A stretch of 62,103 nt of DNA, the filler included. It is 5 parts of 5 records of this genome, joined end to end, with 100 filler letters (N's around TTAATTAATTAA, not from the genome) between each part and the next. Parts side by side here need not be neighbours in the genome. Positions count along the whole stretch, not along the records: positions 1 to 7,214 come from DRR723986_18368; positions 7,315 to 31,763 come from DRR723986_18371; 3 more parts are not named here. One strand, 5' to 3'. The translations under genes were made by a program, and so were the position numbers. Shown one piece after another: positions 1 to 12,900 of this stretch (positions are counted from its first letter, which is position 1; the number at the start of each line of letters is the position of its first letter). Below the pieces are notes generated by a model. The model was not told the DNA's origin. It searched no databases and worked only from the letters and a program-made list of their open reading frames with translations.

Positions 1-281
1 GTCGACGAGTTCATTTTCTGAAAGGGGGGGATACTGGCCCACGCCCCTGCTTGACCGAACTCAACCCATAAAGCTGGCTCACCGTGCCTTGAGATAGTCC
101 GCCGGGCGGTGACACTGTTTGGTCTGGTTCCACCGCCGTTCCCGTATGTTGAGGACCGGCTGCACGAACACGGCATCGGCTCTGGCCGCGGTCAGGCCCG
201 TTGGGAGCGGCACAGGCGGGCCTTGCGGTTTTTGCAGCCGGGCACGGCAGGGTTCATTGCCATGCCCGTCCGAATGTCGCC

Positions 282-2162
282 TCAGAACACCGATCGCAGC
301 CAGGCCCAGTTGTAGAGTAGATCGCCAAGCGGATGTTCGGGTTCTTCCGGCGTTAAACGGCGGGCGGTCTGTCGGTAGTCTTCGACGATTGCCAGCAGCG
401 CATCGACCTGTGGCGTTTCCATAAAGACCAGTCCGTTTTCCGTGTCGTGCCAGAAGGCCCGGTGATCGAGATTGGTACTGGTCGTGACCGCCATCCGCCC
501 GTCGATCACCATCATCTTGGTATGCATCATGCGCGGGCGGGGAAAGTACTCTTCGATTTCAAAGAGCCCGGCATATCGCGCGGCATAGCGGCGGTTCAGC
601 GCCGTGATGATGAACCCGGCCGGGTCGGTGGAATCGAGGCGCGCGACCAGACGTACCCTGACGCCGCGCCCCTGCGCCCGTTCCAACGCCGCCTGAATGG
701 CCGGGGGCGGGTTCAGATAGGGGGTTACGATCAGCACCTCTTGCGCGGCCGCATCAATCGCATCGGCGAACCAACGGACCTGATCGCGCCCGTCCGCCCA
801 GGGCAATGACAGATAGTGCCGCATCCCGTGGGGCTGGTCGGTGTAACCGGTGTTGAGGGGCCCGACCTGCTGAGTTTCCAGATCCCGGTTCCACAGCGCC
901 AGATGATGGGCCGCGACATTGCGCACCGCTTGATCATCGCGCAGTTCCACCTCGATATCTTCGTAGACCGAGAAGAAGCCCAGATCCTGAAAACCGCCCT
1001 CGTCATAGGTGTGAAGATAGGGCCAGTTTTCCAGATCGAAGGGGTTCGTGAAGAAGAACCCGTCATGCAGGTTGCGCCCGCCGAAGATATAGCGAGATCG
1101 GCCCGGCTCTCTCGACAAGGTCAGGAAGGCGCGCGTGTGCTGAACCCGGTGAAGCTGGTTGACGACATCTATGGGGCGGTCGATCCCGCGATTGCGCCAG
1201 CGGTAATACTGGATCTGGATGTTCGGATAGCGCGCCGACAGGGAATCGTAGAAGACGCGGTCTTCCTCCAGCATCAGCAAACTGGTGACAAGGATGCGCA
1301 CCTGAGTGCCGCGCTGCGCGTGATGCGCCAACATGCGCGCCGTCAGATACCCGACGAAATCGGCCCGCACATGCAGATAGGACAGCTGGATCAGATCGAG
1401 CTGCGGCGCGTTCGAGAAATCGAGCGGCAGATCCGGGTCGCCTGCGGTCAAGGCGTCCCGCGACACGGCGCTGCCGGTCAGGGCCTCGATCCGCGTGTTC
1501 AAACCGTCAAGCGGGTCATCCAGCAGCCGCACGCGGCCCGGATCCACCGGGCAGGTCTGCAGCATCGCCCCCTGATCGAGAAACACCCGTTGCAGCGGGT
1601 CCAGCGGCTGGTTCGGGTCCGCCCGGCAATTCAACGCGGCCCGCGACATCTGTGACAGGCGCGGCAGGGCCTCGCTTTCCGGGCGAAGGTTGACAGTGTG
1701 GCCCTGCCCCCAGGAAACGCGGCACATACCGGTTTCTGGCCGCCAATCGAGCACCACGCCCCCCTGCCCGCGCGGTGGCAGAATAACGGTCCTTGGAACC
1801 CCGGGCTGCAAACGACGATCCGCTGTATCCAGGTGCCCAATGCGGGCCGGTCCGTCGCAACCGAGCGTCACCGCAAGGGCGCGACGCGACACTGCTTCGA
1901 GATGGATTTCAACCCGCCTTGCCCCAAGGTCGGGAATCACGAATTGGGCATTCGGCTGCACCGGCCCCTCTGCCGCTAGGTAAAGCGTCGCTTCGCCGAC
2001 CCGCCACAGTTCTGCCTGCAAGGATGGGGGCGCCTCGTCGCGCAGACCAAGTCCTTCGCGCGGTGCGCAGCCGATCTGAACGGCCAGCAGAACAGCCAGC
2101 AAACCCGCCGCCCCGTGGCGGACAAGCCCCTCAATCGCCGCTCTTCTCCCGCCTATTCGCAT
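282..2162 (-). CDS. Phospholipase D-like domain protein, probable lipoprotein
   Basis: 626-aa ORF. Canonical C-terminal HKD motif (MHTKMMVIDG...STNLD), a degenerate first motif (QHTRAFLTLS...GGRNL), and a hydrophobic signal ending in Cys (LLAVQIGC). Confidence 0.8.
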   Translation of the reverse strand: MRIGGRRAAIEGLVRHGAAGLLAVLLAVQIGCAPREGLGLRDEAPPSLQAELWRVGEATLYLAAEGPVQPNAQFVIPDLGARRVEIHLEAVSRRALAVTLGCDGPARIGHLDTADRRLQPGVPRTVILPPRGQGGVVLDWRPETGMCRVSWGQGHTVNLRPESEALPRLSQMSRAALNCRADPNQPLDPLQRVFLDQGAMLQTCPVDPGRVRLLDDPLDGLNTRIEALTGSAVSRDALTAGDPDLPLDFSNAPQLDLIQLSYLHVRADFVGYLTARMLAHHAQRGTQVRILVTSLLMLEEDRVFYDSLSARYPNIQIQYYRWRNRGIDRPIDVVNQLHRVQHTRAFLTLSREPGRSRYIFGGRNLHDGFFFTNPFDLENWPYLHTYDEGGFQDLGFFSVYEDIEVELRDDQAVRNVAAHHLALWNRDLETQQVGPLNTGYTDQPHGMRHYLSLPWADGRDQVRWFADAIDAAAQEVLIVTPYLNPPPAIQAALERAQGRGVRVRLVARLDSTDPAGFIITALNRRYAARYAGLFEIEEYFPRPRMMHTKMMVIDGRMAVTTSTNLDHRAFWHDTENGLVFMETPQVDALLAIVEDYRQTARRLTPEEPEHPLGDLLYNWAWLRSVF

Positions 2163-2674
2163 GATCGAGATGGATCCACGCTGCTCTGACCTTCTTCATA
2201 TGGCGTTACGCCGGGCTGTCCCCCGTTGGATCCGGGAAATTGGGGCGGTTGAAATCGAGGCACCTGTGCAGGGCAGCGCAGTTGCGCACGCGTCACGCCG
2301 TCCTGTCCCGGGACCAGGCCGCCCACTTGCCTGGCCGAGCCGATCCCCGCCCGCCCAGTATGGTGCATCGCGGCACCAATGGCAAAAGCCGTCACCGGTT
2401 CTGCGGCACTCTGACGTGGTGATCCGGGGCATCGGGCCGGGTTTCGCGCGATGCCGTTCAGGACGGCAATCGTCGGGTGGGGCACGCAGCCTCTCATTAA
2501 CCTGCATATCTCGGCGAACGATCACGTGCCGAAGGCTCTTGCCGCAGCTCTTCCGTGCGTTGCCGTCCCTCCAGATACGTGATCCGCCCGAAACGGCGTA
2601 TCGCGGTTTTCGCGGATCCCCCGGCCATGCTAAGGCAGGCCCGTTAACCGCTACCAGAGGGGAGAGACCCAGAC

Positions 2675-3550
2675 GTGAAAGACGCTTCGGAAGTCTTTGC
2701 CGCCTACGAGGCGATCCGCGCGCGACTGCCCGCAATGCCCTCGCCGGGCGCCGGGTTGCAGATCGGGTCGCTGATCGAGGTTGCGCCCGAGATGGACGCA
2801 GTGGTTTTCGATGCATTCGGGGTGCTGAACGTGGGCGACACGCCTATTCCCGGCGCGGCTGAGCGTGTGGCAGAGTTGCGGCGCATGGGCATCTCGGTGC
2901 GTGTCCTGTCCAACGCGGCAAGCTATGATCGCGACACAGCCTTTCGGAAATTCGAACGCCTCGGCTTTCCGCTTGCACCGCAGGAACTGGTGACTAGCCG
3001 CGACGCGACACTGCGCGCGATGGATCGCCGTCTTTGGGGCGTGATCGCCGCGCCCGAGGACCGGTTGGCCGATTTACCCGGCCAATGTATTCGCCTCGGT
3101 GACAACCCCGCCGATTTCGATCGGGCAGAAGGCATCGTCTTTCTTTCGTCCTCTGGCTGGAACGACGCCCGTCAGGCCCATCTGGCCCGAAGCCTCAACA
3201 TGCGCGCGCGTCCCGTGCTGATCGGCAATGCCGATCTGGTGGCCCCGCGCGAAACCGGGCTGAGCCTTGAACCTGGGCATTACGCCCAGTCCCTGCCGGG
3301 GGATCAATTGCGGCTGTTCGGAAAACCCTTTGCCGATGTCTACGATCTGACACGCGCGACCTTGCCCGGTGTTCCTGCGAACCGGATCGCGATGTGCGGT
3401 GACACACTGCATACGGATATCCTCGGCGCAGCGGCGCAAGGGTGGCGCACGGTGCTGGTAACGGCCGACGGGCTGTTCGCCGGACAGGACACGAAACCGT
3501 TCGAGGCAAGCTCTGGCATCATACCCGACTGGCGGCTGGCGCGCATCTAG
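2675..3550 (+). CDS. HAD-IIA family hydrolase
   Basis: Motif I FDAFGVL, motif II LSN, GKP and motif IV MCGDTLHTDILGA. GTG start preceded by GGAGA. Confidence 0.88.
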   Translation: MKDASEVFAAYEAIRARLPAMPSPGAGLQIGSLIEVAPEMDAVVFDAFGVLNVGDTPIPGAAERVAELRRMGISVRVLSNAASYDRDTAFRKFERLGFPLAPQELVTSRDATLRAMDRRLWGVIAAPEDRLADLPGQCIRLGDNPADFDRAEGIVFLSSSGWNDARQAHLARSLNMRARPVLIGNADLVAPRETGLSLEPGHYAQSLPGDQLRLFGKPFADVYDLTRATLPGVPANRIAMCGDTLHTDILGAAAQGWRTVLVTADGLFAGQDTKPFEASSGIIPDWRLARI

Positions 3551-3724
3551 GCCACCCGGCGCGTCTGTGACCCTGCGTTTGCTACGAAGCTTGATGTTGC
3601 TTGCCCCGAATGCAGCGCAGACCCTGTCCGCCCACATCAATGACATCCGCCATTCCGGTGCTTGGGCGTCAAATTCCCGGCCCGTGACGTTGAAATCGGG
3701 GCGTGTTGTCGCGACCGGCAATAA

Positions 3725-3738
3725 TTGACTCATGTCAT
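3725..3738 (+). promoter_or_regulatory. FNR/FnrL-like binding site upstream of acsA
   Basis: TTGAC-TCAT-GTCAT has one mismatch to TTGAY-N4-RTCAA and is centred about 55 nt upstream of the acsA ATG. Confidence 0.5.
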
Positions 3739-3786
3739 TTCCTCGCCCCCGCAATCCGCGCGACACTGGGTGTCGGGAGGATCATC

Positions 3787-5489
<1,703 letters not shown>

Positions 5490-5493
<4 letters not shown>

Positions 5494-7214
5494 CCAGCCC
5501 AGACAAACCCCGCCTGAACCGCGACCATGTTCTGTCACTGCTGTCCGACATGATCCGGGTGCGCAAGTTCGAAGACAAATGCGCCGAGATGTACACGCAG
5601 CAAAAGATCCGCGGTTTCCTGCATCTCTACGACGGGGAAGAGGCCATCGCGGCAGGCATCATCCCGCTGCTGACCGATGAGGACCGGGTGGTCGCGACCT
5701 ACCGAGAACATGGTCACGCGCTGCTGCGCGGGCTGCCGATGTCGGAAATCATGGCCGAAATGTATGGCAAGGTCGAAGGCTGTTCGCGTGGGCGCGGCGG
5801 GTCCATGCATCTGTTCAACGCGCGGCGCAATTTCTATGGCGGCAACGCGATCGTTGGCGGCGGTCTGCCGCTGGCGGGTGGTCTGGCCCTGCGCGACAGG
5901 ATGATGGGCGAGGCTAACGTAACGGCCTGTTTCTTCGGCGAGGGCGCTGTGGCCGAAGGCGAGTTTCACGAAACCATGAATCTGGCCGCCCTGTGGGATC
6001 TGCCGGTTCTGTTCGTGTGTGAAAACAACGGCTATGCTATGGGATCAGCCCTGGCGCGCACCGAGGCGGAAACCGATATCAGCAAGAAGGCCGCGTCTTA
6101 CGGCGTCACGTCGGTGGTTGTTGATGGAATGGACGTGGTCGCGGTCGAAGCCGCCGCGCGCAAGGCCCTTGCGACGATCCGGGACACCGGCAAGCCGGTC
6201 TTTCTGGAATGCCGCACCTACCGCTTCCGGGCGCATTCCATGTTCGATGCACAGCTATACCGTCCCAAGGACGAAATCGCCGACTGGCGCAAGCGCGGGC
6301 CGATTGTGCAGTTCCAGACATGGCTTCTGGACAACAAGCTGATCCACCCCGAGGACGTCACTCGGATCGAGGCCGAGGCCGACGCCGAGATCGCACAATC
6401 CGTCGCCTTCGCCGAGGCGGGTAGCCTGGAGCCGCTGGACACCCTCGATCATCACGTTCTGGGACCGCAGCCCGAGATGCCAGAGCCCGCAACGCCCTCT
6501 GGCGAAACCGTTCAGATGACCTATCGAGAGGCCGTCAAGCAGGCAATCCGCGACGCGATGATCCGCGATGACCGCGTGTTTCTGATGGGCGAGGATGTGG
6601 GGGCCTATGGCGGCTGCTATGCGGTGTCCAAGGGGCTGATGGAGGAATTCGGTGAAGACCGGATCCGCGACACGCCGCTGTCGGAATCCGGGTTCACCGG
6701 CGCGGGTATCGGCGCAGCTGCGGCAGGGATGCGCCCGATCGTCGAATTGATGACAGTCAACTTCTCTTTGCTGGCACTTGATCAGATCATGAACACCGCG
6801 GCCACCATCCGGCATATGTCGGGCGGGCAGTTCGGCGTTCCGCTTGTGATCCGCATGGCGACGGGGGCGGGCAAACAACTGGCCGCGCAGCATTCCCACA
6901 GCCTTGAGGGATGGTATGCGCATATTCCCGGCCTCAAGGTGCTGACGCCTGCAACGGTCGAGGATGCACGCGGAATGCTGTGGACCGCGTTGCAAGATCC
7001 CGACCCGGTTCTGATCTTTGAAAACGTGATGCTCTACAACCGGGAAGAGGCCATCGACACCAATGCCGGGCCGGTCGACATCAGCCGCGCAGCCATTCGG
7101 CGTGAAGGTGATGACCTGACGCTGATCACCTATGGCGGATCGCTTTTCAAAACGCTGGAGGCAGCCGAGGCCCTTGCCGCAGATGGCATCAGCGCCGAGG
7201 TCATCGACCTGCGC
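5490..7214 (+). CDS. pdhA: Pyruvate dehydrogenase E1 alpha + beta fusion (3' truncated at contig end)
   Basis: Alpha motifs [13 protein letters not shown] and GEGA...ENN, then a Pro-rich linker and beta motifs MTYREA...GEDVG, DTPLSE and AQHSHSLE, all in one frame. Overlaps the acsA stop (ATGA). Confidence 0.9.
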
Positions 7215-7314
7215 NNNNNNNNNNNNNNNNNNNNNNNNNNNNNNNNNNNNNNNNNNNNTTAATTAATTAANNNNNNNNNNNNNNNNNNNNNNNNNNNNNN
7301 NNNNNNNNNNNNNN
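7215..7314. other. Artificial contig linker (N44-TTAATTAATTAA-N44)
   Basis: N runs flank a six-frame stop spacer. Base composition changes abruptly across it. Confidence 0.99.
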
Positions 7315-7315
7315 C

Positions 7316-8775
7316 ACAACTGACCCAACTGCTTCTAACCCTGCGGGGGTGACGGTCACTTTAATTACTGATGTGCCGGCACCTGATCCAACTGTCGTGA
7401 CTGATGAAGTTGATAACTGTTCAGTTCCAGTCGTAGCATTTGTTTCTGACGTTTCTGATGGTGGTAATTGTCCCGAAACGATTACTAGAACTTATAGCGT
7501 AACTGATGCGTGTGGAAATTCGATTAATGTGACTCAAACGATAACGGTACAAGATGCAATTGACCCTACGGCTTCAAATCCAGCTAACATTTCAGTTCAA
7601 TGTATTGCAGACGTTCCTGTGGCTGATCCAGCAGTTGTAACTGACGAGGCTGACAACTCTGGTGTTGCGCCAACGGTTGCTTTTGTTTCAGAAGTATCAG
7701 ATGGAAACACTTGTCCTGAAACCATCACAAGAACCTATTCTGTTACTGATAATTGTGGAAATTCAATCACAGTTTCTCATGATATCATTGTCAATGATAA
7801 TATCAATCCAACTGCTTCAAATGCTGCTGTGACAAATGTTGAATGTATTGGTGACGTTCCAGCGGCAGATCCTAATGTAATTACTGATGAAGCAGATAAC
7901 TGTACGGCTATTCCAATGGTGGCCTTTGTTTCTGAATCTTCAGATGGCAATACTTGCCCTGAAACGATTACTAGAATATATAGTGTAACTGACGATTGTG
8001 GTAATTCAATTAATGTTACGCATACAATTATCGTAAATGATATTACTGATCCTACTGCTTCAAATCCAGCAGTTATCAACGTGGAATGTATTGGAGATGT
8101 TCCTGCGCCAGATGTGACAGTGGTTACTGATGAAGCAGATAACTGTACAGTTAATCCAGTAGTTGCTTTTGTTTCTGATGTTTCTGATGGTCTATCTTGT
8201 CCTGAGACCATTACAAGAACGTACAGTGTAACTGATGATTGTGGAAATTCAATTAATGTAGCTCAGCAGATCATTGTAAATGATATCACTGCTCCAACTG
8301 CGTCTAATCTTCCAACGATTAATGTTGAATGTATTGGAGATGTACCTGCAGCAAATATTGCGGATGTATTTGATGAAGCAGATAACTGTACGGTAAACCC
8401 AGTTGTGGCATTTGTTTCAGATATTTCAGATGGTCTTGCTTGTCCTGAAACTATAACTCGTACATATAGTGTAACAGATGATTGCGGTAATTCGATTAAT
8501 GTGACTCAGTCAATTGTTATTGAAGATATCACAGATCCAACAGCGTCTAATCCGGCAAACATAGTTGTGCCTTGCGCATCAGCTGTGCCTGCACCAGATC
8601 CGTCAGTTGTTATTGACGAAGACGATAACTGTACAGCTAACCCTACGGTTGCATTTGTGTCAGACGTATCTGATGGAAATGTTTGTAATTCTGAGGTGAT
8701 CACCAGAACCTATTCGGTGACAGACGATTGTGGTAACTCAATTTTAGTAAGTCATACGATTACAATAGACGCGAC
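7316..8775 (+). repeat. Intragenic tandem repeat, ~243-nt unit, about 6 copies
   Basis: Recurring DEADNC...VAFVSD.SDG..CPETITRTYSVTDDCGNSI. For example, GATGAAGCAGATAAC occurs at 7886 and 8129. Confidence 0.9.
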
Positions 8776-9802
8776 TACTCCAATTGTAGATGCAGGCGTT
8801 GATCAAGGTGTTTGTAGTGATGTGCTAGTTACGTTAACTGCATTTAATCCAGATGGTGCAACAATTTCATGGGACGGAGGAGTTTCTGATGGTGTACCTT
8901 TCTCTCCTCCGGTAAACGCTGTGACAACATACACCGTTACGGCAGGAATTTGTCCGAATGCTGCTGGAGGATTTGAGTGTTCCGCTACAGATGATGTTAA
9001 TATTGAAGTTTATCCATCACCAATTATCAATTTCTCAGGTGATGATTTATATGGATGTGTTGACCATTATGTCTTATTTGATAATCAATCAACTGAAATG
9101 TATGATTGTGTATGGGATCTTGGAGATGGAACTATTTTGAATGGTTGTGATGACTTTGCCTACACTTATACAACTCCAGGAATTTATGATGTGAGTCTAA
9201 CGATAACATCAATCAATGGATGTACATCAACTGACACCTATTTTGATTACATAGAAGTAGTGCCTTTCCCAATCGCGGCATTCACTTATTCTCCTGATGA
9301 TTTATCAATTCTTGATACAGAGGTAGATTTCACCAATAATTCATTGTTTGCTGATAGTTATGATTGGTCATTTGGTGATTTCAGTACTTCTACAGATACA
9401 GATCCAACACACACATTCCCAAATAACATTGGTAACTCTTATACAGTAACCTTAACCGCAAATAGTGATGCCGGATGTTCTCATGAAACTACTGCAGTAA
9501 TTAATATTGCAGATGAGCTCATTTTCTATATTCCGAATACTTTCACTCCTGATGGTAACAGTATTAATAATGTATTCTTGCCTGTAATAACTGCAGGTGT
9601 CGATTGGTGGGATTATCATTTAATGATATTCGATCGTTGGGGAGAATTAATATTTGAATCCTACGATCCAGGGATTGGTTGGGACGGAATATATAGTGGT
9701 GTTTTAGTGGAAGACGGAGTGTATATTTGGCAACTAGAATTCGGTGAAACAATGACTGATAAAAGGCATAAGCATAGAGGTCATGTAACAGTCTTAAAGT
9801 AA
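7316..9802 (+). CDS. Large secreted protein: HYR-like repeats + PKD domains + gliding-motility/T9SS type-B C-terminal domain (5' truncated)
   Basis: Frame is open from the contig edge. Six ~81-aa Cys-containing repeats, PKD motifs (WDLGDG, WSFGD), and the CTD FYIPNTFTPDGN...FDRWG...GWDG...GHVTVLK. Confidence 0.88.
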   Translation, partial: TTDPTASNPAGVTVTLITDVPAPDPTVVTDEVDNCSVPVVAFVSDVSDGGNCPETITRTYSVTDACGNSINVTQTITVQDAIDPTASNPANISVQCIADVPVADPAVVTDEADNSGVAPTVAFVSEVSDGNTCPETITRTYSVTDNCGNSITVSHDIIVNDNINPTASNAAVTNVECIGDVPAADPNVITDEADNCTAIPMVAFVSESSDGNTCPETITRIYSVTDDCGNSINVTHTIIVNDITDPTASNPAVINVECIGDVPAPDVTVVTDEADNCTVNPVVAFVSDVSDGLSCPETITRTYSVTDDCGNSINVAQQIIVNDITAPTASNLPTINVECIGDVPAANIADVFDEADNCTVNPVVAFVSDISDGLACPETITRTYSVTDDCGNSINVTQSIVIEDITDPTASNPANIVVPCASAVPAPDPSVVIDEDDNCTANPTVAFVSDVSDGNVCNSEVITRTYSVTDDCGNSILVSHTITIDATTPIVDAGVDQGVCSDVLVTLTAFNPDGATISWDGGVSDGVPFSPPVNAVTTYTVTAGICPNAAGGFECSATDDVNIEVYPSPIINFSGDDLYGCVDHYVLFDNQSTEMYDCVWDLGDGTILNGCDDFAYTYTTPGIYDVSLTITSINGCTSTDTYFDYIEVVPFPIAAFTYSPDDLSILDTEVDFTNNSLFADSYDWSFGDFSTSTDTDPTHTFPNNIGNSYTVTLTANSDAGCSHETTAVINIADELIFYIPNTFTPDGNSINNVFLPVITAGVDWWDYHLMIFDRWGELIFESYDPGIGWDGIYSGVLVEDGVYIWQLEFGETMTDKRHKHRGHVTVLK

Positions 9803-9805
9803 TTG

Positions 9806-9835
9806 AAAAGCGGTAGATAACTTCTACCGCTTTTT
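9806..9835 (+). terminator. Rho-independent terminator, potentially bidirectional
   Basis: AAAAGCGGTAGA-TAACT-TCTACCGCTTTT, a perfect 12-bp inverted repeat right after the stop at 9802. Confidence 0.85.
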
Positions 9836-9920
9836 AGTTTTAAATTGTGGCATTACAATACTTCTATATTTTTTAGCTTTACAACCAACTAAATCGTGTT
9901 AATTTCGTATTTATTATTAA

Positions 9921-12900
9921 ATGAAGCTACCTGTTTTAATAATTTTTTGTTTGTTGACTTGTTTGGGATTTTCTCAGATGAGTACAGAGGGTAGTGCCCA
10001 GGGCGCTTGCGATTGTTATACCATCAATGATAACACCAATCAATCTGGGGCCATTTGGAGTCCAAATTCTATTGATTTAACAAATCCATTTGATTTTACT
10101 TTTGAGGTTAATTTAGGATGTACCAATAATTTTGGTGCAGATGGAATGATGTTCGTATTACAAACTAACGGAAACGGGTTAGGAAATTTAGGAAACGGAA
10201 TCGGTTATGCGAATCCAACTTCTATTAGTCCAAATTCTATTGCAGTTGAAATTGATACATGGGATAGTAACCCTGCAGTGCCTACAGATATCCCGAGTGA
10301 TCATGTTGGGATGCACTCAGGAGGTGTTAATTCTCATAATGTTGTTGCACCGATTGCTATTCCAAATATTGAAGATTGCTTACCTCATCAATTTCAAGTG
10401 ACATGGGATCCAGTTCTACAAAACTTTGAGGTATTAATTGATGGAGGTTCAATTTTTATTTACAATGGGGATATGGTTACCAACTTTTTTGGCGGTAATC
10501 CAAATGTGTTTTTTGGATGGACAGGTGGAACTGGAGGGGCTATGAACGTCCATACGGTTTGTATGTACAGAAATGCAGCTTTCACACCAGACCAGACTAC
10601 GGTTTGTGCGAATCAGGTTATCACCTTTACCGATAACTCAACTTCTGATTTGAATATGATAACAAATTGGGCGTGGGCCTTTGGAGATGGCGGAACTTCT
10701 AACTTACAGAACCCTACACATGCATATGCAGCACCTGGAAATTATGTCGCACAATTAACAATTACTGATATTTCGGGCTGTACTGATGTAGTTACCACCA
10801 ATATCACTGTTAATCCAGGATTAACAATTAACATGACGCAGCAAGACGTTACTTGTTTTGGTTTTAATGATGGTCAAATGACAGCAACTCCGGCAAACGG
10901 AACGGGTCCATATATGTATTTGTGGGATGATGGGGGGGCTCAAACGACACAAACCGCAACTGGACTGGCTCCAAACACTTACAATGTATCCGTGACAGAT
11001 GTAAATGGTTGCGCTGGAACAGGATCTGGAACAATTACTGAACCTGCAGTTTTACAGTTTAATTCAGTGAATATTGTTGATGCATCTTGTGGAATGAATA
11101 ATGGTTCTATCACCATTAATGAGCAAGGTGGAACAGCAGGTTATCAGTATAGTATAGATGGAGGGGCAACTCAGCAAGGGGCGAATGTATTTAATGGATT
11201 AGCTCCTAATAATTATAACTTAGAAATTGAGGACGCTAATGGATGTACTGTTACCCAAGCTGCCATGCTCAATTCGAATTCTGCTATGGTAATTGATAAT
11301 TTAACGGCAACAGACGAAACCTGCGGCCAATCAGATGGAACCATTACAGTCAATGTAAGTCTTGGAACCGCTCCTTATACGTATAGCCTAGATGCAGGGG
11401 CTACAACCCAGCCAGGAAATGTGTTTAATGGATTACCGGGAGGCAATTATACAGTTCAAATTGAGGACGCCAATAATTGTATTGTAACGGGTAATGTGAC
11501 AGTTAATAGTCCGTCAACACTTAGTATAAATGGGGTAGCGGTGACAGACCCTTCTTGTGCAGGAATTGCGGATGGTCAATTTACCGTGAGTCCAATGGGC
11601 GGTACAGGACCATATACCTATTCTAATGATAACGGTGCCACTTTTCAACCTGGAGATACTTTTACTGGCTTATTAGCGGGCAATTATGATATTGTTTTAC
11701 AGGATGCTACAGGTTGTCAAACTAACGGTGCAACTGTGTTAACTGACCCACCTGCTGTTTTGATTGATAATGTTTTGATTTTGGATGCTTTGTGCAACGG
11801 ATCTGCTGATGGTACAATTACTATCACTGCAAGCGGTGGAGCAGGAGGGTACACTTACAGTGCGGATGGAGGAGCCACTTTTCAACCAGGAAATGTATTT
11901 AATGGCTTAACTGCTGGAAACTATACCATTCAAGTCAATGATATCAATGGATGTTTTGCAACTTCTGTGGAAGTGGTAGGTGAACCTACGGCCCTGCAAA
12001 TAGATAATATTATAGTTACTGATGTAACATGTAACGGATTATCTGATGGTGCAGTAGAAGTTATTGCTTCTCAGGGTACGGCACCTTACACGTATTCAGA
12101 TGACAATATTACCTTTCAGGCCGGAAATATTATTAATGGCCTTTCAGCTGGAAACGTTAATGTATTTGTGAATGATGTAAATGGATGTCAGGCAACGAGT
12201 AATGCAGTCATTTCGCAGTCACAACCATTGATCGCGACCCTTCCCAATGACACAACGATTTGTGATGGGGGTACAGCAAACTTGTGTCCGACAATTCAAG
12301 GAGGAACTGCGCCTTATACGTATACTTGGAACGGTGTTCCTTCAGGAGGGTTAAATTGCTTACCAACAAATATGGCAGGTAATTATACTATTGAAGTTGC
12401 AGATGCAAATGGCTGTACTTCTGTTATTGATGATCAAAATGTATTTGTAAATCCACCTTTACAATTGAATGGGGGAACTAATGCTACCATTTGTGCAGGA
12501 GATGACGCTAATCTATTTGCAGAAGCAATAGGAGGAAACGGTGGTCCTTATACTTATTCTTGGACAAATGATCAGGACGGGACAGTAATGAATGGCAGTA
12601 CTCAAATTGTAAATCCAGGACAAACAACCGTTTACACAGTTAATGTAGATGATGGCTGCTCTACACCTCCTCTGCCAGTACAGGTCACTATTTCAACTTA
12701 TGCTGTTCCCGCAATTGATTTCTCACCAGACTTTTTAGAGGGTTGTGAGCCACTGGCAATTAGTTTTACGAATAACACTGATCCAAATTTATTGGCCTCA
12801 ACAACGATAGATTATGGAAATGGAAATAATGAAACGACAACTGCCGGAGTGATCAATCAAACTTATAACATTCCAGGATGTTATGATGTTTTTGTTGAGA

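Noticed and set aside
2161-2862. Long alternative-frame ORFs here and throughout contigs 1, 4 and 5
   Set aside because: They are Arg/Pro/Ala-rich shadow ORFs typical of high-GC DNA, overlapping well-supported genes and carrying no motifs.
7316-8775. Regularly spaced repeats as a possible CRISPR array or DGR
   Set aside because: They are in-frame 243-nt protein repeats with synonymous divergence. There are no unique spacers, cas genes or reverse transcriptase.
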